Shown here piece after piece: positions 61,128-64,000 of a stretch of 64,000 bases of DNA; the first letter of the stretch is position 1, and every line of letters begins with the position of its first letter. The translations under genes were made by a program, and so were the position numbers. The stretch covers positions 3,038,001 to 3,102,000 of the forward strand of contig CM030337.1 of the NCBI GenBank assembly GCA_017654855.1, in the 5' to 3' direction. Below the pieces are notes generated by a model that saw nothing but the letters and a program-made list of their open reading frames with translations, had not been told where the DNA came from and did not search any database. This stretch comes from Podospora anserina (taxonomy: Eukaryota).

Positions 61128-64000
61128 ACCGGCATTGAGGATTCAGGACAACATGGTGGGTTGACTGACCCTGTCTAATTGGATACAAACGGTTCCAACT
61201 CTTTGGATATTTCTTCCGGCGTTTCTCTGTTTCTTGTGAGTTGAAATACAGGTTGGGATAATGTTACAGTTATTGGGGAATTAGGCCTTGGAACGGCCTG
61301 GAGTTTTACTAGGATAGATAGATTTGGATACGGTATGCACAGGGACAAACAGCATAGCAAACTCTCACCCTCCATCGTCTCTGGCAGACAGTGGGCGGCC
61401 GGGACTGCTGGACAAATATATTGTTTGTTATATAGAGCCACCGAGTCACCGCAAAATGCAATCCAATGTTACACTCTCTCTACACCAAGTCAGAACATCA
61501 CACATGGTCAAACGCCTGAGCTTGATACGGCGATTACACCTATTCAGACAAAATAACAAATAACAATGAGCTTCATGGTGATGGGTTGCCTACTGAGTTT
61601 GATGGGACAGAGCTTACCTACGGAGCTGAATAGTGTTGGCTTGCCCGCTGAACTGACAAGTGAGACGGAACCAACGAAACTGCGGGTGGAACAACGAAAC
61701 TGCGGGTCCGGACCTGTCAGAAAGAAAGGGATTTTACTAGCAAGGAGTTCATCCTTCAGTTGGCGGTAGCCATGGTCTGTCGGCCGCGGCCATGGTCTGG
61801 TGGCGGTGGCCATGATATGTTGACCATGTGGCAGAAGGAATCCTGCAGAAAGGTCTATAAAAGAAAGCAGGAACAGAGAGAAGGACAAGCAATACAAGGA
61901 CACAGTTGCGATCCCCATAATATGGACCCTCATAGAGTGCATCGAACTTCTGACAGTACCCCAGCAGTTTTGCGGCACGAGTCGGACACATCACCAGTTA
62001 CATTTTCTAGACCCTCAAGTGCCCTAATATGAAACGCGGTGTCTGGTGTGGTGAAAATGCGAAGGTAAATCTTCCCGTAGAGACTTCACGGTTGTATTGG
62101 GACTTAACTGAGGGTCATGAAGGGGTGAGGGTTGCAGAGACGGAAGATCTGTCCACGTTGAAAAGTATGACCCCTTAGTAGAAGAGGCAATAAAACAAAC
62201 TTGGTAAAATTAAGTGTATGCAACGTGTGACGATGCCCTGTCCAGAACCTCTGAAAGGGATACCGGTTGAAGGCGAACTTCTAGATAATGGAACGGTGCA
62301 GCTAAACAGTGCACAACAAGATGTCTCAATGTAAACACAAGATACCGTGAATACAAGATGTGATTGCATACTGCGGAACTGTCTATCTACACCAGCCAGT
62401 TCCTCCGTATATATAGACCCTGTGCCAAGCCTGGCACCGTCCTGGATCGATAGACTCGAGTATCGATCCCATCGATACTGTCCATTTTGGGATTGACTCT
62501 TCTGGATCGATCCTCGATCCCAATGATCCTGTTCTGATTGGTCCTTGACCCTGCACTAATGATTGGTCCGTGGTGCGCCTGCGCCCCACTGAGTGTCAAG
62601 CCGTGACACTACTTAGATATTCTCCAACATGAAGGAAGTTGGATACTAATGCACAGTGAAAGCTACAGGTATCACATACAAGCCATCGAATGGAGCAAGC
62701 AATGTAGAATCATGTTTCGTTCCTAATGACTAGCTAGTTAACCCCTACCGGAAAGCAAACTCAGATCCCAGCCACAGTCCATCTTGACCATCCACACGAG
62801 CGGGAATCTGTCGGTTGTGGAACCTGGAATCGACGTGCCAGAAGCATAACCTCGACGACCGAGTTGCTGGGCTCCCCGTACAGCACAGTGAACATGACCA
62901 TAGTGAGTATGTAGGAGATTACTTTGTCTTGACCGGCGGCCTCTCCGCGCCAACGTTGGGCTTTTTGGACTCAATGCTGCCATAAGGCTTCTTGGGCTCA
63001 GACACTTTGAGAATATGTTGATGCATGGGTTGGTATATAAGACAGGTGAGTTTCTTTGCGGGTGTCAGCAAGACCGGTGGCTGGTACTGGGATAATGGAT
63101 CAGTGTTGACGTACAGGTTTGAAACCTAGGTGACTGGTTGATAATAGTTGTAAACTTTCTATGTGTGGGTAATGTTGACTGAGTCAGTTCGGGAGGTCTA
63201 AGAGGGTGGACAAGGGTGTATTATAGCCTCCCCTGAGCACCTTGATGACCTTCCTGTTAATGTGAACGGAAAATGCTGAGCTATGGTGCGAGCTTAATAC
63301 ATGTTGGCTTTAGACTGAGCATCGATTTGTTTTATGATGGCCCCATAATCCGCGAACACCCGCACTGTGATTTTCAGCCTGAGTCGGTCGGTGGCTATCG
63401 ATACCTCCTCGAGAAAGCCGAAAAGATGACGATATTCTGGCTATATGTGATGGGATAAGATCGTGATACTAACAAGGAAGTCCTGCGCCAATTCTTCTTC
63501 TGGTGAGTGATAGTGAATGATACAACTGTCACAAAATTGGCGAGGTCAGCCACGCTGGCAATATAAACAAGTCATCGAGCAAGCGGCCTCGATATATATT
63601 TGCAATTGAAACTGGGGATCCCATTGCACGCCTGATGACCCCGCGTGGCATTGCGTAAGGTATCTACCTACCTGCCTAGGCATCCAAGGCAGTCCCTCTG
63701 CAAGGTAGACATGGAGCAGGCACACCCCGCCTTGAGCCGGTGCCTCGTGTAGGTAGTTCGGAGAAGAGCTTTCTGCACCCGTGACAATTCACGTGCACCA
63801 ATTACACCCTGTCGGGGAGGTACCACGTCCATGCACCGCCTCAGTTCCGAGCTGAACCCAACCGCCCAACTAAAACACGACTGCTCAACTACCTAAGGTC
63901 GCATCGCTTTTTTGCCCATTGACCTGACCACCCAGATGCTTTCTTATCCATCACCATCGAGTAGCTATTTCATCAAGTCAGACTTCATCCATCTCCATGG

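Noticed and set aside
61544-62032. Short overlapping ORFs
   Set aside because: No recognisable domain or consistent frame
1-64000. Starship or Spok-block element
   Set aside because: No DUF3435 tyrosine recombinase or Spok gene recognised; core genes such as VPS35 and GUK1 are interspersed

Overview
Eukaryotic DNA from a filamentous ascomycete. It has GT-AG introns with CTRAC branch sites, a HET-domain gene, a PTH11-like receptor and C-rich-5'/G-rich-3' coding sequences, which suggest a Sordariales genome, probably Podospora-like (inferred, not searched). Conserved genes (VPS35, a Tre1/Vps70-type M28 peptidase, a GMC oxidoreductase, a TenA-family protein, an FMO, GUK1, a sugar porter, a GFA protein) are interleaved with orphan genes and many pseudogenes. 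The most notable observations are: (1) an intronless, strongly diverged TATA-binding-protein paralogue with changes at DNA-specificity and TFIIB-contact positions; (2) a ~240-nt tRNA-derived Pol III-type unit with one A box, two B boxes and a T5 terminator; (3) an adjacent kinase-like gene and PD-(D/E)XK nuclease-like gene, the two catalytic domains that are fused in Spok meiotic drivers; (4) a three-member orphan family in successive stages of decay; (5) single-base stop or start lesions that could be RIP-type damage or substrates of sexual-stage A-to-I editing. No rRNA, CRISPR array or intact transposase was seen. All family calls come from motif recognition by eye.
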